This document shows positions 29,056 through 39,671 of a stretch of DNA of 64,000 nt, piece by piece. Position 1 is the stretch's first letter, and every line of letters starts with the position of its first letter. The stretch lies in assembly GCA_905236245.1 (NCBI GenBank), contig CAJOPC010000029.1, positions 384 through 64,383 on the forward strand, read 5' to 3'. This DNA is from an uncultured Alphaproteobacteria bacterium (lineage in GTDB: Bacteria; Pseudomonadota; Alphaproteobacteria; CAAHEQ01; UBA3637). The notes beneath the pieces were generated by a model. The model did no database searches and was not told the origin of the DNA. It saw only the letters and a program-made list of their open reading frames with translations. The position numbers and the translations under genes are program-made.

Positions 29056-30166
29056 CTACTCTCCCTTCCTCTTTTTCAAATTGGCCAAGCTGGCGCGCAT
29101 AAAGCCATTTAAATCTCCATCCAAAACACCGGATGTATCGGATGTTTCATAACCTGTTCGTAAATCTTTGACCATTTGATATGGTTGCAACACATAAGAT
29201 CGAATTTGATTGCCCCAACCATTATCACCTTTTTGAGCTTCAATAGCGCCTTGTGCCGCACGACGTTTTTGTAATTCCAGCTCATACAATCGTGCGCGCA
29301 ACATACGCCACGCTTCATCACGATTCGCAAACTGACTGCGCTGCGTTTGACAAGCCGCCACAATCCCCGTAGGAATATGCGTAATCCGCACAGCACTTTC
29401 CGTCTTATTCACATGCTGGCCACCGGCACCGCTAGAGCGATATACATCAATTCTGCAATCCGCCGGATTGATATCAATTTTTACACTTTCGTCCACAACG
29501 GGATAAACCCATACTGAACAAAAACTTGTATGCCGTCTAGCATTTGCATCAAACGGAGAAATACGCACCAAACGGTGAACGCCTGATTCAAATTTTAACC
29601 ATCCGTAGGCATTCAATCCATTCACCTTTAATGTTGCCGATTTGATACCCGCTTCTTCCCCATCAGAAAGTTCCATTATTTCCGTTTTATAACCATTTTG
29701 ATCGGCCCAATGCTCATACATGCGCAAAATCATACTGGCCCAATCTTGTGCCTCTGTTCCTCCGGCACCAGAATGAATCTCTAAAAAGGCATCATTTGAA
29801 TCACCTTCTTGACACAGTAAAGATTCTAATTCAAAATTATCCATTTCTTTTTCTAAACCGACAAAGCTTTTTTCTGCCTCTTTTAATAATGATTCATCTT
29901 CCTCCGCCTCGGCCAACTCAATCATACTGTATCCATCAGCCACCAAAGCAGTCAAATCATCTATTCTTTTAATTTGATTGGCAAGGGATGTCCGCTCACT
30001 CATCAACTTTTGCGCACGCTCCGCATCATCCCATAAATTCGGATCCGACGTTAAATCATCCAATTCCTTTAATCTAGCATGGGCTTTATCCCAGTCAAAG
30101 ACGCTCCTTGACAAGCATTAAAATGCTGTCGTACTTTTCTTTTAAAGCAATCATCTCGGCTTTCAT
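29056..30166 (-). CDS. prfB: peptide chain release factor 2, programmed +1 frameshift
   Basis: ATG at 30166 (RBS AGGAG) opens MKAEMIALKEKYDSILMLVKERL. AAGGAG-CGT-CTT-TGA-C lies at 30094-30100, and the +1 frame continues DWDKAHARLKEL. SPF and GGQ motifs are present. Confidence 0.9.
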
Positions 30167-30180
30167 ACTTTGCTCCTAAG

Positions 30181-32565
30181 TTAATAAATTCCTCCCAAAT
30201 CTGGGATACTTTGATCTGTGGTATGTAAAATGATATCTTTGCCTAAGACTTTTTCGGGTTTAGATAAATCTGTATCTAAGCGAAATGCCTCCATAATAAC
30301 ATTTTGCTCTCCTGCCTTTGCGGGCTTGCCCGTCGTCGCATTGACACGCACTAATTTAACAGAAGATGGCACACGGAATGGTATATCCGGTTTATTTGTC
30401 AGTGCAGCCTTCATAAAGTCCCTAAAAATTGGAGCAGACACAACACCACCGGTATCATGCGGACCCAAAGGTCTCGGGTTATCAAAACCAATCCAAACAC
30501 CAACAACTAAATCGGGTGAAAATCCAATAAACCAAGCATCTATATTGTCATTACTCGTACCAGATTTACCACCCAAATTTCGCTCTAATGACCGAACGGC
30601 GGCACCCGTTCCTCGAGCAATAACACCCGTCATGATATTGACCATTTGATAAGCACTGGCTGGATCTTGTATTTGTTCACGATCATCTGATAAAACAGGT
30701 TTTTCCTCGGGCTTTGCTTCCTCTCCAGAACATCCCTCGCAATGACGATTTCCTGTTTTATAGATTGTTCGACCATTTCGATCCTGAATACGATCGATAA
30801 AAATAGGACTGATTTTTTTACCTCCATTGACCAACATGCCGTAAGCAGTCGTCAAGCGCAACAAAGTCGTTTCCCCTGCCCCCAAAGCAATTGTCAAATT
30901 CGGCTCTAATTTGTTTGAAATATCAAACTTCTTACCATATTCAATAACCTTCCCTATACCCAAAGCCTGAGCCAAACGAATGGTCATGAGGTTGCGCGAT
31001 TTTTCAATGCCTACACGCAGCGTAGTTGGGCCAAAAAATTGTTTTGAATAGTTCTCAGGTTTCCACTTAGAACCATCAAAATTGGACATCACTATTGGCG
31101 CATCCAAAATTAAACTAGATGGCGTATATCCAGAATCCAAAGCGGCAGTATACACAAAAGGCTTAAATGACGAACCTGGTTGACGATAGGCCTGCACCGC
31201 ACGATTAAATTGGTTGCGTTCAAAAGCAAATCCTCCTTGCATGGCCAACACTCGTCCAGTATGTGGATCAAGTGCAACCAAGGCGCCTTCTGCATTTGGC
31301 ATTTGATGAAGAGTATAATAATTGCCTTTTTTTTGAGCCACTAAAATAATATCACCAGCTGTCAAAACATCTGATACTTTTTTGACCTCTGTATAGGAAA
31401 TACGACCATTTTCCAAAGCTTTTTGGGCCCACAGCACTTCGGCGATAGGAATAATGCCTGTCGATTCATCCGCCAAACGAATTTCTGCCTCTTGATCTGC
31501 TACTTTTTCAACCAAGGCATACTGCCAATTTTGCGGGGCATATTCTTGGGCGTATTTTTTTAATTCTTCCATGCCATTTTCATCCGCATGTGCAACAGGG
31601 CCACGCCAACCATGCCGTTTATCATAATTAATCAATCCGTCTTGCAAAGCCTTTACAGCATAGGCTTGTAATTTTGGATTTAAAGCCGTCCGTATAGATA
31701 ATCCGCCTAAATAAATGGAATTTTCACCAAATTTATTCACAACAAAACGCCGCACTTCCTCGGCATAATATTGTCCGTCTTTGGATATTGCTTGGGTCCG
31801 TTTCTTTAATGTAATAGGTTCTTCTTTTGCTTCATTTAGCTCACTTTCCGTAATATATTTATTTGCAAACATTTGTTGCAACACCCAATCACGACGTTCC
31901 TTTGCCGCTGCCGCGTTTTTCACAGGATGATAATTGTTCGGCGCCTTAGGCAAAGCCGCCAAATACGCCATTTCACCCAATGTCAGCTCGTTCATCGCTT
32001 TATCAAAATAATTTAAAGCGGCACTTGCCACACCATAAGATCCCATTCCTAAATAAATTTCATTTAAATAAAGTTCCAAAATATGCTCTTTTGTATACGC
32101 TTTTTCTATTTTACGCGCCAACAGTGCTTCCTTTATTTTCCGGGCCAATGTTCGATCCGAAGTAAGTAAAAAATTCTTTGCTACTTGCTGTGTAATAGTA
32201 GAAGCTCCAACAGGACGACGATGACGCCCAATATTTTGAATGTTCACCCATATAGCACGCATCAAACCAAAAATATCAATACCACCATGTTGGAAAAAAG
32301 TTTTATCTTCTGCAGACAAAAAAGCTTGTTTCAATCGTTCTGGAACTTTCTCAATCGGAACAAAAGTACGTTTTTCTGTGGCATACTCCATCAACAAAGA
32401 GCCATCATTTGCATACAGCCGGGTCATAATGGGCGGTTCATAATTTTCTAATTGATGATAATCCGGCAAACCAATCGAATAACGCAACACCATGACAAAG
32501 GCAATTATTGCCACCGCTACGGACCCAAAAAAGAACAAACTCACAAGTGTTGATAAAAATCGCAT
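30181..32565 (-). CDS. mrcA: penicillin-binding protein 1A (bifunctional transglycosylase/transpeptidase)
   Basis: 794 aa. EDKTFFQHGGID, SSFKP and KSGT motifs. Confidence 0.9.
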   Translation of the reverse strand: MRFLSTLVSLFFFGSVAVAIIAFVMVLRYSIGLPDYHQLENYEPPIMTRLYANDGSLLMEYATEKRTFVPIEKVPERLKQAFLSAEDKTFFQHGGIDIFGLMRAIWVNIQNIGRHRRPVGASTITQQVAKNFLLTSDRTLARKIKEALLARKIEKAYTKEHILELYLNEIYLGMGSYGVASAALNYFDKAMNELTLGEMAYLAALPKAPNNYHPVKNAAAAKERRDWVLQQMFANKYITESELNEAKEEPITLKKRTQAISKDGQYYAEEVRRFVVNKFGENSIYLGGLSIRTALNPKLQAYAVKALQDGLINYDKRHGWRGPVAHADENGMEELKKYAQEYAPQNWQYALVEKVADQEAEIRLADESTGIIPIAEVLWAQKALENGRISYTEVKKVSDVLTAGDIILVAQKKGNYYTLHQMPNAEGALVALDPHTGRVLAMQGGFAFERNQFNRAVQAYRQPGSSFKPFVYTAALDSGYTPSSLILDAPIVMSNFDGSKWKPENYSKQFFGPTTLRVGIEKSRNLMTIRLAQALGIGKVIEYGKKFDISNKLEPNLTIALGAGETTLLRLTTAYGMLVNGGKKISPIFIDRIQDRNGRTIYKTGNRHCEGCSGEEAKPEEKPVLSDDREQIQDPASAYQMVNIMTGVIARGTGAAVRSLERNLGGKSGTSNDNIDAWFIGFSPDLVVGVWIGFDNPRPLGPHDTGGVVSAPIFRDFMKAALTNKPDIPFRVPSSVKLVRVNATTGKPAKAGEQNVIMEAFRLDTDLSKPEKVLGKDIILHTTDQSIPDLGGIY

Positions 32566-32650
32566 TGCATACCCTTTAAAAACAGCTTATTGTACCTTCT
32601 TTTTTCAAAAAAAACAAGTGATTATTTATGTTTAAAAATCATTGCTGTAA

Positions 32651-33640
32651 TTAATTCGAGGCCGAAGGTTTTAAAACTTGAACATTCATCTTTGCTCTTT
32701 CTGCCGACAAAACAGCTTGCAGTTTTGTCTCCATCACAGCACGACGAATTTCATCCCGAACATCTTCAAATGCGGGAGGATTTGCCAAACGTTTATCTTC
32801 TACCAACACGACATGCCAGCCAAAAGGTGTTTTGATCGGGTTAGATAGTTGTCCTTTTTTCATATCAAAAACAACATCTCCAAATTCGGGGATCATCATT
32901 CCTTTTGTGAAATAACCTAAATCACCGCCCTCTGTATTTTCATCCAAAGATTTTTTACTGGCCAATTCTGCAAAATCTGCACCAGCTTTCAGTTGAATAA
33001 TCAAATCCTTAGCTTCTTGTTCTGTTTTGACTAAAATATGGCGAGCATGAATCTCTTCTTCACGTCTAAATTCTTTGACTTCCTTGTCATACAAGGCTTG
33101 CAATTCCGCTTCACTCACCTGAGCCGATAAAAGCTCGTCCAAATATGTCTGTCCGACAATTTGTTCCTCAGATTGACTCAACAACCGTTTAATTTCCGGA
33201 CGTTCTGGAACACCTGCTTGGGCGGCGCCCAACATAACAACCCGACTATTAATCATCATATCTAATACATTTGGATACACAGTTTCAAACGGCAATTCTG
33301 CCAATTGAGGCATACTATTTACGAAGTCACGCACTTGCGCCATAGTGATAGGTTCATCATTCACCAAAGCCACCGCATCTTCCAATGCTTGTTTGCGTTT
33401 TTGTTCGCGGGCCAACAAGATTTGTTGTTGCTTTCGCAAATCAAACTCTCTTTTTTCCTGCGAGATTTTAATTTCATAAGCGGCATATGCCCATAAACCA
33501 GCGTTTAATGCAATCAATAAAATAACAACAGTAAAACGCCACAAGAACAAACCAAAACTCATCGGCTTAGAATGTTTCCGATTCGCCACAGCTTCAACAG
33601 GTTCGTTCAACTTTTTTTGTTTTTCTTTTTTATGAAACAT
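32651..33640 (-). CDS. membrane-anchored parvulin-type peptidyl-prolyl isomerase (SurA/PpiD-like)
   Basis: The start is placed at M10, preceded by AAGGGGGA. TM helix, then rotamase domain ARHILV...GGDLGYF...FGWHVV. Confidence 0.8.
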   Translation of the reverse strand: MFHKKEKQKKLNEPVEAVANRKHSKPMSFGLFLWRFTVVILLIALNAGLWAYAAYEIKISQEKREFDLRKQQQILLAREQKRKQALEDAVALVNDEPITMAQVRDFVNSMPQLAELPFETVYPNVLDMMINSRVVMLGAAQAGVPERPEIKRLLSQSEEQIVGQTYLDELLSAQVSEAELQALYDKEVKEFRREEEIHARHILVKTEQEAKDLIIQLKAGADFAELASKKSLDENTEGGDLGYFTKGMMIPEFGDVVFDMKKGQLSNPIKTPFGWHVVLVEDKRLANPPAFEDVRDEIRRAVMETKLQAVLSAERAKMNVQVLKPSASN

Positions 33641-33690
33641 ATTTCCCCCTTCTTTTAGTCTTTTCATTTTAAAGATTGTTTATAAAAAAA

Positions 33691-34107
33691 TCAATCTTTT
33701 TTTCTATTCTGATGAATTTGCTCACTCAACTCATTTAAAATTGCTTTTGCCAAAGACGGATGTAATGCCATCATCCGATACAATTTTTCTGAAGTAATTT
33801 TCAACATGATTGTTTGGCTTGTCGTTATAATATCTTCCGATGGAGAACCAATTAAAAAAGCGCTATCCAACCCAACAACTTGTGGGGCAGATATCAACTC
33901 AGAAGTTCCTTGTCTTTGGCATTTCAATGCCCCGGACAAAATAAAAAACACAGTTTTATTTTGTGTATCTTTTGATATTAAAGACGTCCCTTTTTTCACA
34001 CTCATTTCTTCCGACAAACTAATCAAATCGGACAAAGCCATATTGGACACATTTTTAAACAATGCAAGTTGTTTCAAAACCAAAACTTTTTCAATCGTAA
34101 CTAACAT
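33691..34107 (-). CDS. cyclic nucleotide-binding domain protein
   Basis: 138 aa. cNMP-binding beta-roll features (FFILSGAL...GTSELISAPQVVGLDS). Overlaps the upstream gene by 7 nt. Confidence 0.6.
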   Translation of the reverse strand: MLVTIEKVLVLKQLALFKNVSNMALSDLISLSEEMSVKKGTSLISKDTQNKTVFFILSGALKCQRQGTSELISAPQVVGLDSAFLIGSPSEDIITTSQTIMLKITSEKLYRMMALHPSLAKAILNELSEQIHQNRKKD

Positions 34108-36860
34108 TTTGCTTCCTCCAATAACTCTTGAAAATTTTGTTTTAATAAATAGTGTGTTGGGATAGACAAAATCATATCTTCAACATTTTTACGATGTTTT
34201 TCCAATTTTCCCAAAGTATATATTGCTGTCTCCAACACAATCCAATCATGAGATTTTAGGCTTTGACGCACCGCATTTAAACCACCTGTACCCCCATGTA
34301 AGCGCCAACAAAATATGGCCACTGCTTTCATCCATGGGGTTACCCAATTGGGCGGGTTTAATAAAAATGTATTGAGCAATTCGGCGACATCACCTTTATG
34401 GTCCATCACCATCTCAGGTTGCATTTGCGGATATAGCAAAATTTCCCGAACACGCTGGTAAAGACGCTTTTGTAACATGTCCTGTAAATTACCCACCGCA
34501 GCAGGATAAGCCGTCCACTGATCCTCTTTCAATGTCTCTATTGCCTGTCTAAACAATGGGTGCAAAGAATATAACTCTAATAAATCCAACACAATATGAC
34601 GGGTGCGCGCCATTTCCTCTTGAATAGCCTCCCTTAACAAGGATATTGCCTTTTGAAGCTTGGGAAAATTCACATGATCAATCCAATCTAATAATCTTTT
34701 CATTTGTTGCCATTCCTGTTCATTTAACTGAATTGCTCTACGCAGCAATTTTTTTCGATCTTGATGAACCCAAACAATACCTGAATCAGTTAAAGCATCA
34801 ATGATATACGGGCGCAATATTCTATTTACAACAAACAAAGAACGCAATAAAATTTGAACACCTTCTCCACTAGACAAACGTCCTAGGAATAGAACAATTT
34901 CTCGTCTTCTGTCTAAAGGAACATCCTCATTAGTTAACGCTTTCTCAAAAGCCGGGAAAGCCACCTTTCCATACCGATCTAATACTTCCCAAATTACATC
35001 ACGCCAACGAGGCTTATCTAACAATGATAAAATACGATTGAGCAAAATCGGGCTTGCTAAGCTTCCCGCAGCTTGAAGAGCCGCCTTTTTAATGGTATGT
35101 TTTTCATCATTTAATAAAGTGGTAATCGGTTCTATCCACTCTGGTCTTGGGCGCATTTTCATAATAGTCAAGGCATTAATTTTATCCGTTTCTTTACAGC
35201 TATTACTCAGGGTCAAAACACATTGTACCACATCATGCAACCACACACCTCTTCCGGTCAAAAAGCCAATACAGGCGCCAAAAACATACTTTTTATTGGT
35301 AAGATAGGCCTTATACTTTTTCCATGTTTTTGCATTACCGCTTTCTAATCCATCTGCAATCAAAAGTCCTAATGCCATATTCTGAACTTCTTCGCACGCA
35401 TCTGATTGGAAGAGCTTATGAATTATTTTCTGCTCTGGAGCGGTTAAAGATAATTTTTCTAATTTTTTTAAAGCAAATAATCTCACAGAAATAGAAGAGC
35501 TTTCTAATGCAGCCATCAATCGTTTACGATAAACAGGAGAATCCCCTTCTTGCAAAATTCTAAGGAAATAAATAACTTCGGCGGGTTTTTTGGACAAACC
35601 TTGATCAATCATTTGATTAAGGGCAGAATATGTCAAAACTAATGGGCCTTGTGGCCACACTCTAAGAGCACACAAACGCATCAATTGCCGTCCATAACAA
35701 TGTCTGACAACGCCCAAAAGCACGATACAAATCATACCCAATATAACAAGTGTCAAAGGAATATATAACATAGGCTCTGTCAACAATAATGCACCAATAA
35801 AAATAAATCCTAATGGCACAATCAGCAACCATCTAAATCTTTGCAACTGAATCCCTTGTTTAACAATAAAGGGTTTTGACCATAATATAAAATACTTCTC
35901 CATATAAAAATATTCACTCACCATAAAACAACTGGCACCACAATATATCAGAATATTTTCTTGCAAAACGGAGCCTAAAACAACCAAAGATAGGGCTAAT
36001 ATAAGACTCATTAATACGCCCAAATTTGCCCTCAAAAAACGCACTTTAAGCATAACAAAAGTTATCAATAGTCCCATGCCGGCAAAAAGCATCCAAATCA
36101 TACTGATGACAGAAACAGGATCAACCCCCTCTTGGGCAATCGTCTGATAAACACTAAAATCTATCAAAGCTCTTAAAATAATAACACAAAAATTCAAAAG
36201 TAAAACTGCATGAATTGCCGTCTTAGCAGAGCTAACAACCATACTTCCATTTTTCTTTGTAAATGTTTCTTTTGGAATTTTCACCAAACTGCCAATAGCT
36301 TTAAATAATCCCAAAACCAAACAAAATCCCACAAAAATGAATATACCCAATTCATGATGTGTTGAAGCGCCGATCCACCCACCTAAAAAACAACCTAATA
36401 GTGCGAAAACAAGCACGCCTAAAAATTTCAAAGATCTAACCGCCAATGGAATAACGCGTGAAGCCAACGCCCAAAAACACACTTGACCTAAAAAGAACAC
36501 ATTATATTTCAAGGCAAATAATAATTCCCTTGAAAAAAGTGGAAGATAGGCTGCACTAAACACTAAACCGGTAAAAATAAAGAGCATCCCTAACATATAC
36601 AAAGAGGAACCATATCCTTTTTGTCGGGTTAATGCACAGGCGCAACACGCCGTCAACATCCCTAAAATACCCGTCAACAAATAATCAAATCCTATGGTCA
36701 CAATGCCTTTTTGATCTAACCATTGTTGCACAGCATAAATGTCAAACAATGCCACAAAACTCGATACAACCAAAGCCGTTGCACAAGTCAACGCTAAAAT
36801 CCCAATATCATGCCACTTTAACCGTCTTAAACGCGCTAAAATATGGTATAAAAACTTCAT
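34101..36860 (-). CDS. polytopic membrane protein (about 11-12 TM) with large C-terminal HEAT/ARM-like repeat domain
   Basis: 919 aa. The N-terminal 410 aa are hydrophobic. The C-terminal half has repeated helical units (VRLFALKKLEKL, IKKAALQAAGSL and others). ATGA overlap with the ftsY stop. Confidence 0.55.
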   Translation of the reverse strand: MKFLYHILARLRRLKWHDIGILALTCATALVVSSFVALFDIYAVQQWLDQKGIVTIGFDYLLTGILGMLTACCACALTRQKGYGSSLYMLGMLFIFTGLVFSAAYLPLFSRELLFALKYNVFFLGQVCFWALASRVIPLAVRSLKFLGVLVFALLGCFLGGWIGASTHHELGIFIFVGFCLVLGLFKAIGSLVKIPKETFTKKNGSMVVSSAKTAIHAVLLLNFCVIILRALIDFSVYQTIAQEGVDPVSVISMIWMLFAGMGLLITFVMLKVRFLRANLGVLMSLILALSLVVLGSVLQENILIYCGASCFMVSEYFYMEKYFILWSKPFIVKQGIQLQRFRWLLIVPLGFIFIGALLLTEPMLYIPLTLVILGMICIVLLGVVRHCYGRQLMRLCALRVWPQGPLVLTYSALNQMIDQGLSKKPAEVIYFLRILQEGDSPVYRKRLMAALESSSISVRLFALKKLEKLSLTAPEQKIIHKLFQSDACEEVQNMALGLLIADGLESGNAKTWKKYKAYLTNKKYVFGACIGFLTGRGVWLHDVVQCVLTLSNSCKETDKINALTIMKMRPRPEWIEPITTLLNDEKHTIKKAALQAAGSLASPILLNRILSLLDKPRWRDVIWEVLDRYGKVAFPAFEKALTNEDVPLDRRREIVLFLGRLSSGEGVQILLRSLFVVNRILRPYIIDALTDSGIVWVHQDRKKLLRRAIQLNEQEWQQMKRLLDWIDHVNFPKLQKAISLLREAIQEEMARTRHIVLDLLELYSLHPLFRQAIETLKEDQWTAYPAAVGNLQDMLQKRLYQRVREILLYPQMQPEMVMDHKGDVAELLNTFLLNPPNWVTPWMKAVAIFCWRLHGGTGGLNAVRQSLKSHDWIVLETAIYTLGKLEKHRKNVEDMILSIPTHYLLKQNFQELLEEAKC

Positions 36861-37726
36861 TCATCCCCCAATAATGAGTCTACATAATCTTCCGCAGAAA
36901 AAGCATTTAAATCATCAACATGCTCCCCAACACCTATTGCATAAATTGGCAACTGAAAAGTGCTTGCTAAAGCGACCAAAACACCACCCTTTGCAGAACC
37001 ATCTAACTTTGTCATAATCAGCCCACTAACAGAACAAATCTCTTTAAAAGTTTTCACTTGAGAAATCGCATTTTGGCCCACGGTTGCATCCAATACCAAA
37101 ATCACTTCATGGGGCATATCCGCCGATACCTTCTTAATCACACGAATAATCTTTTTTAACTCATCCATCAAGTCTGTTCGATTTTGAAGCCGACCAGCAG
37201 TGTCAACAAAAACAACATCTGTTTCTTTTTTAATCGCTTCATTTAACGAATCGTATATCAATCCTGCCGCGTCACAACCGGGCTTTCCTGCATAAAAATC
37301 AGCTCCAACTTTTTGTGTCCACTGTTTTAATTGCTCAACAGCTCCGGCTCTAAAAGTATCTCCCGCGACACATGCCACTTTTTTCCTTTGCGAAATATAT
37401 TGAGCCGCCAACTTACCAATAGTAGTCGTCTTGCCGGCCCCGTTTACTCCAACCATTAAAATAACAGCAGGCATTGTCTTTGGCAAAACTAACGGTTTCA
37501 CCACCGGTTCAATTTTTTTCAACAATGCATCTCTAACCATACGCCGCATTTCTTGGGCATCTTTGGGATGTTGACCTTGAACAATAGAAACTAATTCCTG
37601 TGTTGTTTCAATACCGATATCAGCCATAATCAAAGATTCTTCTAATGTATCAACATTGACATCAGTCCAAGAAAATTTGCTTGCCGTTTTCTTTAAACCG
37701 TTTTTTAGTTTATCCAACCAACGCAT
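36857..37726 (-). CDS. ftsY: signal recognition particle receptor FtsY (short form, NG domain only)
   Basis: 289 aa. GVNGAGKTTTIGKLA, DTAGR, TKLDG motifs. Confidence 0.9.
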   Translation of the reverse strand: MRWLDKLKNGLKKTASKFSWTDVNVDTLEESLIMADIGIETTQELVSIVQGQHPKDAQEMRRMVRDALLKKIEPVVKPLVLPKTMPAVILMVGVNGAGKTTTIGKLAAQYISQRKKVACVAGDTFRAGAVEQLKQWTQKVGADFYAGKPGCDAAGLIYDSLNEAIKKETDVVFVDTAGRLQNRTDLMDELKKIIRVIKKVSADMPHEVILVLDATVGQNAISQVKTFKEICSVSGLIMTKLDGSAKGGVLVALASTFQLPIYAIGVGEHVDDLNAFSAEDYVDSLLGDE

Positions 37727-38903
37727 TATCTTTTACTCCTTTAACCGTCAAGGATATAATTTTTCCAGGCTTATACTTTTCGGTTAGTATAACATTTAAA
37801 TAGTTTTCTGTCCAGCCTCTTGATGATTCTTCAACCAAAACAAAAACCTTTTGTCCAATCATTTGCTGTAACAGTTTTTGTGAAAGTTCTTCCCCCAATT
37901 TACGTAATCTTGCCGCGCGTTCTTTGCGCACAGCCACAGGAACCTGAGGCATTTTCGCCGCGGGTGTTCCTTCACGCTCCGAATAAGGAAATACATGTAA
38001 TCTTGTAATATTGGCCTGTTTAACCAAATCCATAGTTTGTAAAAATTGCTCTTCCGTTTCTGTAGGAAAACCCGTGATAAAATCGGCTCCGAAGACGGCA
38101 TTAGGCTGAACCTGGCGCACCTTATGCACTAAATCCAATATCTGTTCTCGCGTATGACGTCGTCCCATACGTTTTAATATCAAGTTATCCCCTGATTGGA
38201 TAGAAAGATGAAAATACGGCATTATTTGCGGATATTTTTTCAATAAATTGATAAATGTTTGATTAAGCGGTGCAGGATCCAAAGAACCATACCGCAACCG
38301 TTTTATTTGTGGCACATTTTCTAAAATCTGTTTGCTGATTTTCCATAAATTATACGGATAGGATGCGACATCTGCCCCTGTTAAAACCAACTCTTGATAT
38401 CCATTTAATGCAAAAGCCCTAGCTTGCTCTAGCACTTGTTCCGGTGCAATTCCCCGATTCGGCCCTCGTGCGAAACGAACAATACAAAAGGTACAGGCAT
38501 GGTCACAACCTTGTTGAATTTGCAAAAAAGCACGATTGCGCCCTTCAAAATCTGTCACAATAGGTAATTCAAATGGCTGCATCACATCACCTACATGCCC
38601 TTTATTTTTGTCATGCAACCATTCCTTATTTAGCTTTTCGTGATTTCCCAAAATCCGATCAACCTCGGGCATCCGTGCATACAACTCGGGATGTAATTGT
38701 GCAGCACAACCCGTCACAATCAAAGTACACTTAGGATTTTCACGTCTCAATTTTCGGATCGTTTGACGACACTGTCTTTCTGCTTCCGAAGTAACGGCAC
38801 ATGTGTTAACGACAACAACATCATCACCCAAATCGCCCCCTAATTTTGAAATTACGGCCGATTCGAACGCATTCATACGACAACCAAAAGTTACAACTTT
38901 CAT
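37710..38903 (-). CDS. mtaB: MiaB-like radical-SAM tRNA methylthiotransferase (MtaB type)
   Basis: 397 aa. UPF0004 N-domain (FGCRMNAFES) and CDHACTFC radical-SAM motif. Upstream of ftsY, as in many alphaproteobacteria. Confidence 0.75.
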   Translation of the reverse strand: MKVVTFGCRMNAFESAVISKLGGDLGDDVVVVNTCAVTSEAERQCRQTIRKLRRENPKCTLIVTGCAAQLHPELYARMPEVDRILGNHEKLNKEWLHDKNKGHVGDVMQPFELPIVTDFEGRNRAFLQIQQGCDHACTFCIVRFARGPNRGIAPEQVLEQARAFALNGYQELVLTGADVASYPYNLWKISKQILENVPQIKRLRYGSLDPAPLNQTFINLLKKYPQIMPYFHLSIQSGDNLILKRMGRRHTREQILDLVHKVRQVQPNAVFGADFITGFPTETEEQFLQTMDLVKQANITRLHVFPYSEREGTPAAKMPQVPVAVRKERAARLRKLGEELSQKLLQQMIGQKVFVLVEESSRGWTENYLNVILTEKYKPGKIISLTVKGVKDNALVG

Positions 38904-38948
38904 GTTGTAATTTTAACATAATTAACGATAAAAAGCAAATAAATCGGA

Positions 38949-39479
38949 CTAATAAAGCCTATTTGTGTTAACGCTTTCCATAATCAAAGTTCCTTTAGCG
39001 TTACGAGCCGCAGTATACGCCTCACGCAAAGTCTCTCTTAATCGATTCGGATCTGGCACCTTCTCCATCCGGACAGTTCCTGTTAAATCCTCAGACGTCA
39101 CACGGACACTCCCCAGATTAGCCCAAATATCAATCATGGACTGGCGCACTGTGCTGTCCGTCACACGAAATAATTCGATTTCGTCCACATGCTTCGTCAC
39201 AATGCCAGAAATAATAATCAAGCGTTTATCCGTCAATGTGTAAGAATTAAAAATGCGCTTACAATATATCATTGGCAACATGGAAATCAAGGCAATTGTT
39301 CCCCAAAACCAACTTTCGAACAAACCGTGGCGCGTCATTGGCACAAAGGTAAAAATTACTGCAAGTACACACAACCACACTAAGGGATGATATTTTAAAT
39401 CCCGAATACTACCCGTCACTGTCCAATAAAAACGTTCATCTGGACGCAAGATTTGGTTTACCATTTGTTCATCACTCAT
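38949..39479 (-). CDS. bacterial PH-domain (bPH_2/YdbS-like) membrane protein
   Basis: 176 aa. Two TM helices followed by YTLTDKRLIIISG...IELFRVTD. Confidence 0.6.
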   Translation of the reverse strand: MSDEQMVNQILRPDERFYWTVTGSIRDLKYHPLVWLCVLAVIFTFVPMTRHGLFESWFWGTIALISMLPMIYCKRIFNSYTLTDKRLIIISGIVTKHVDEIELFRVTDSTVRQSMIDIWANLGSVRVTSEDLTGTVRMEKVPDPNRLRETLREAYTAARNAKGTLIMESVNTNRLY

Positions 39480-39671
39480 GTTACTCTCCTTTTTTGTTTA
39501 TTATAATCCAAAAAAAACAAAAAATAAAATCTTTTTTTGTTCAAGCCGACATACTAAAATAACCATTTGACATATAATAATATTTTTTTAATTCAAAGGA
39601 CTAGATTTTTATCAAAACAACTCCCACAGTTATTGTGCTTCAAATGATCATTTAAAGAAAGGAGAATCAGA

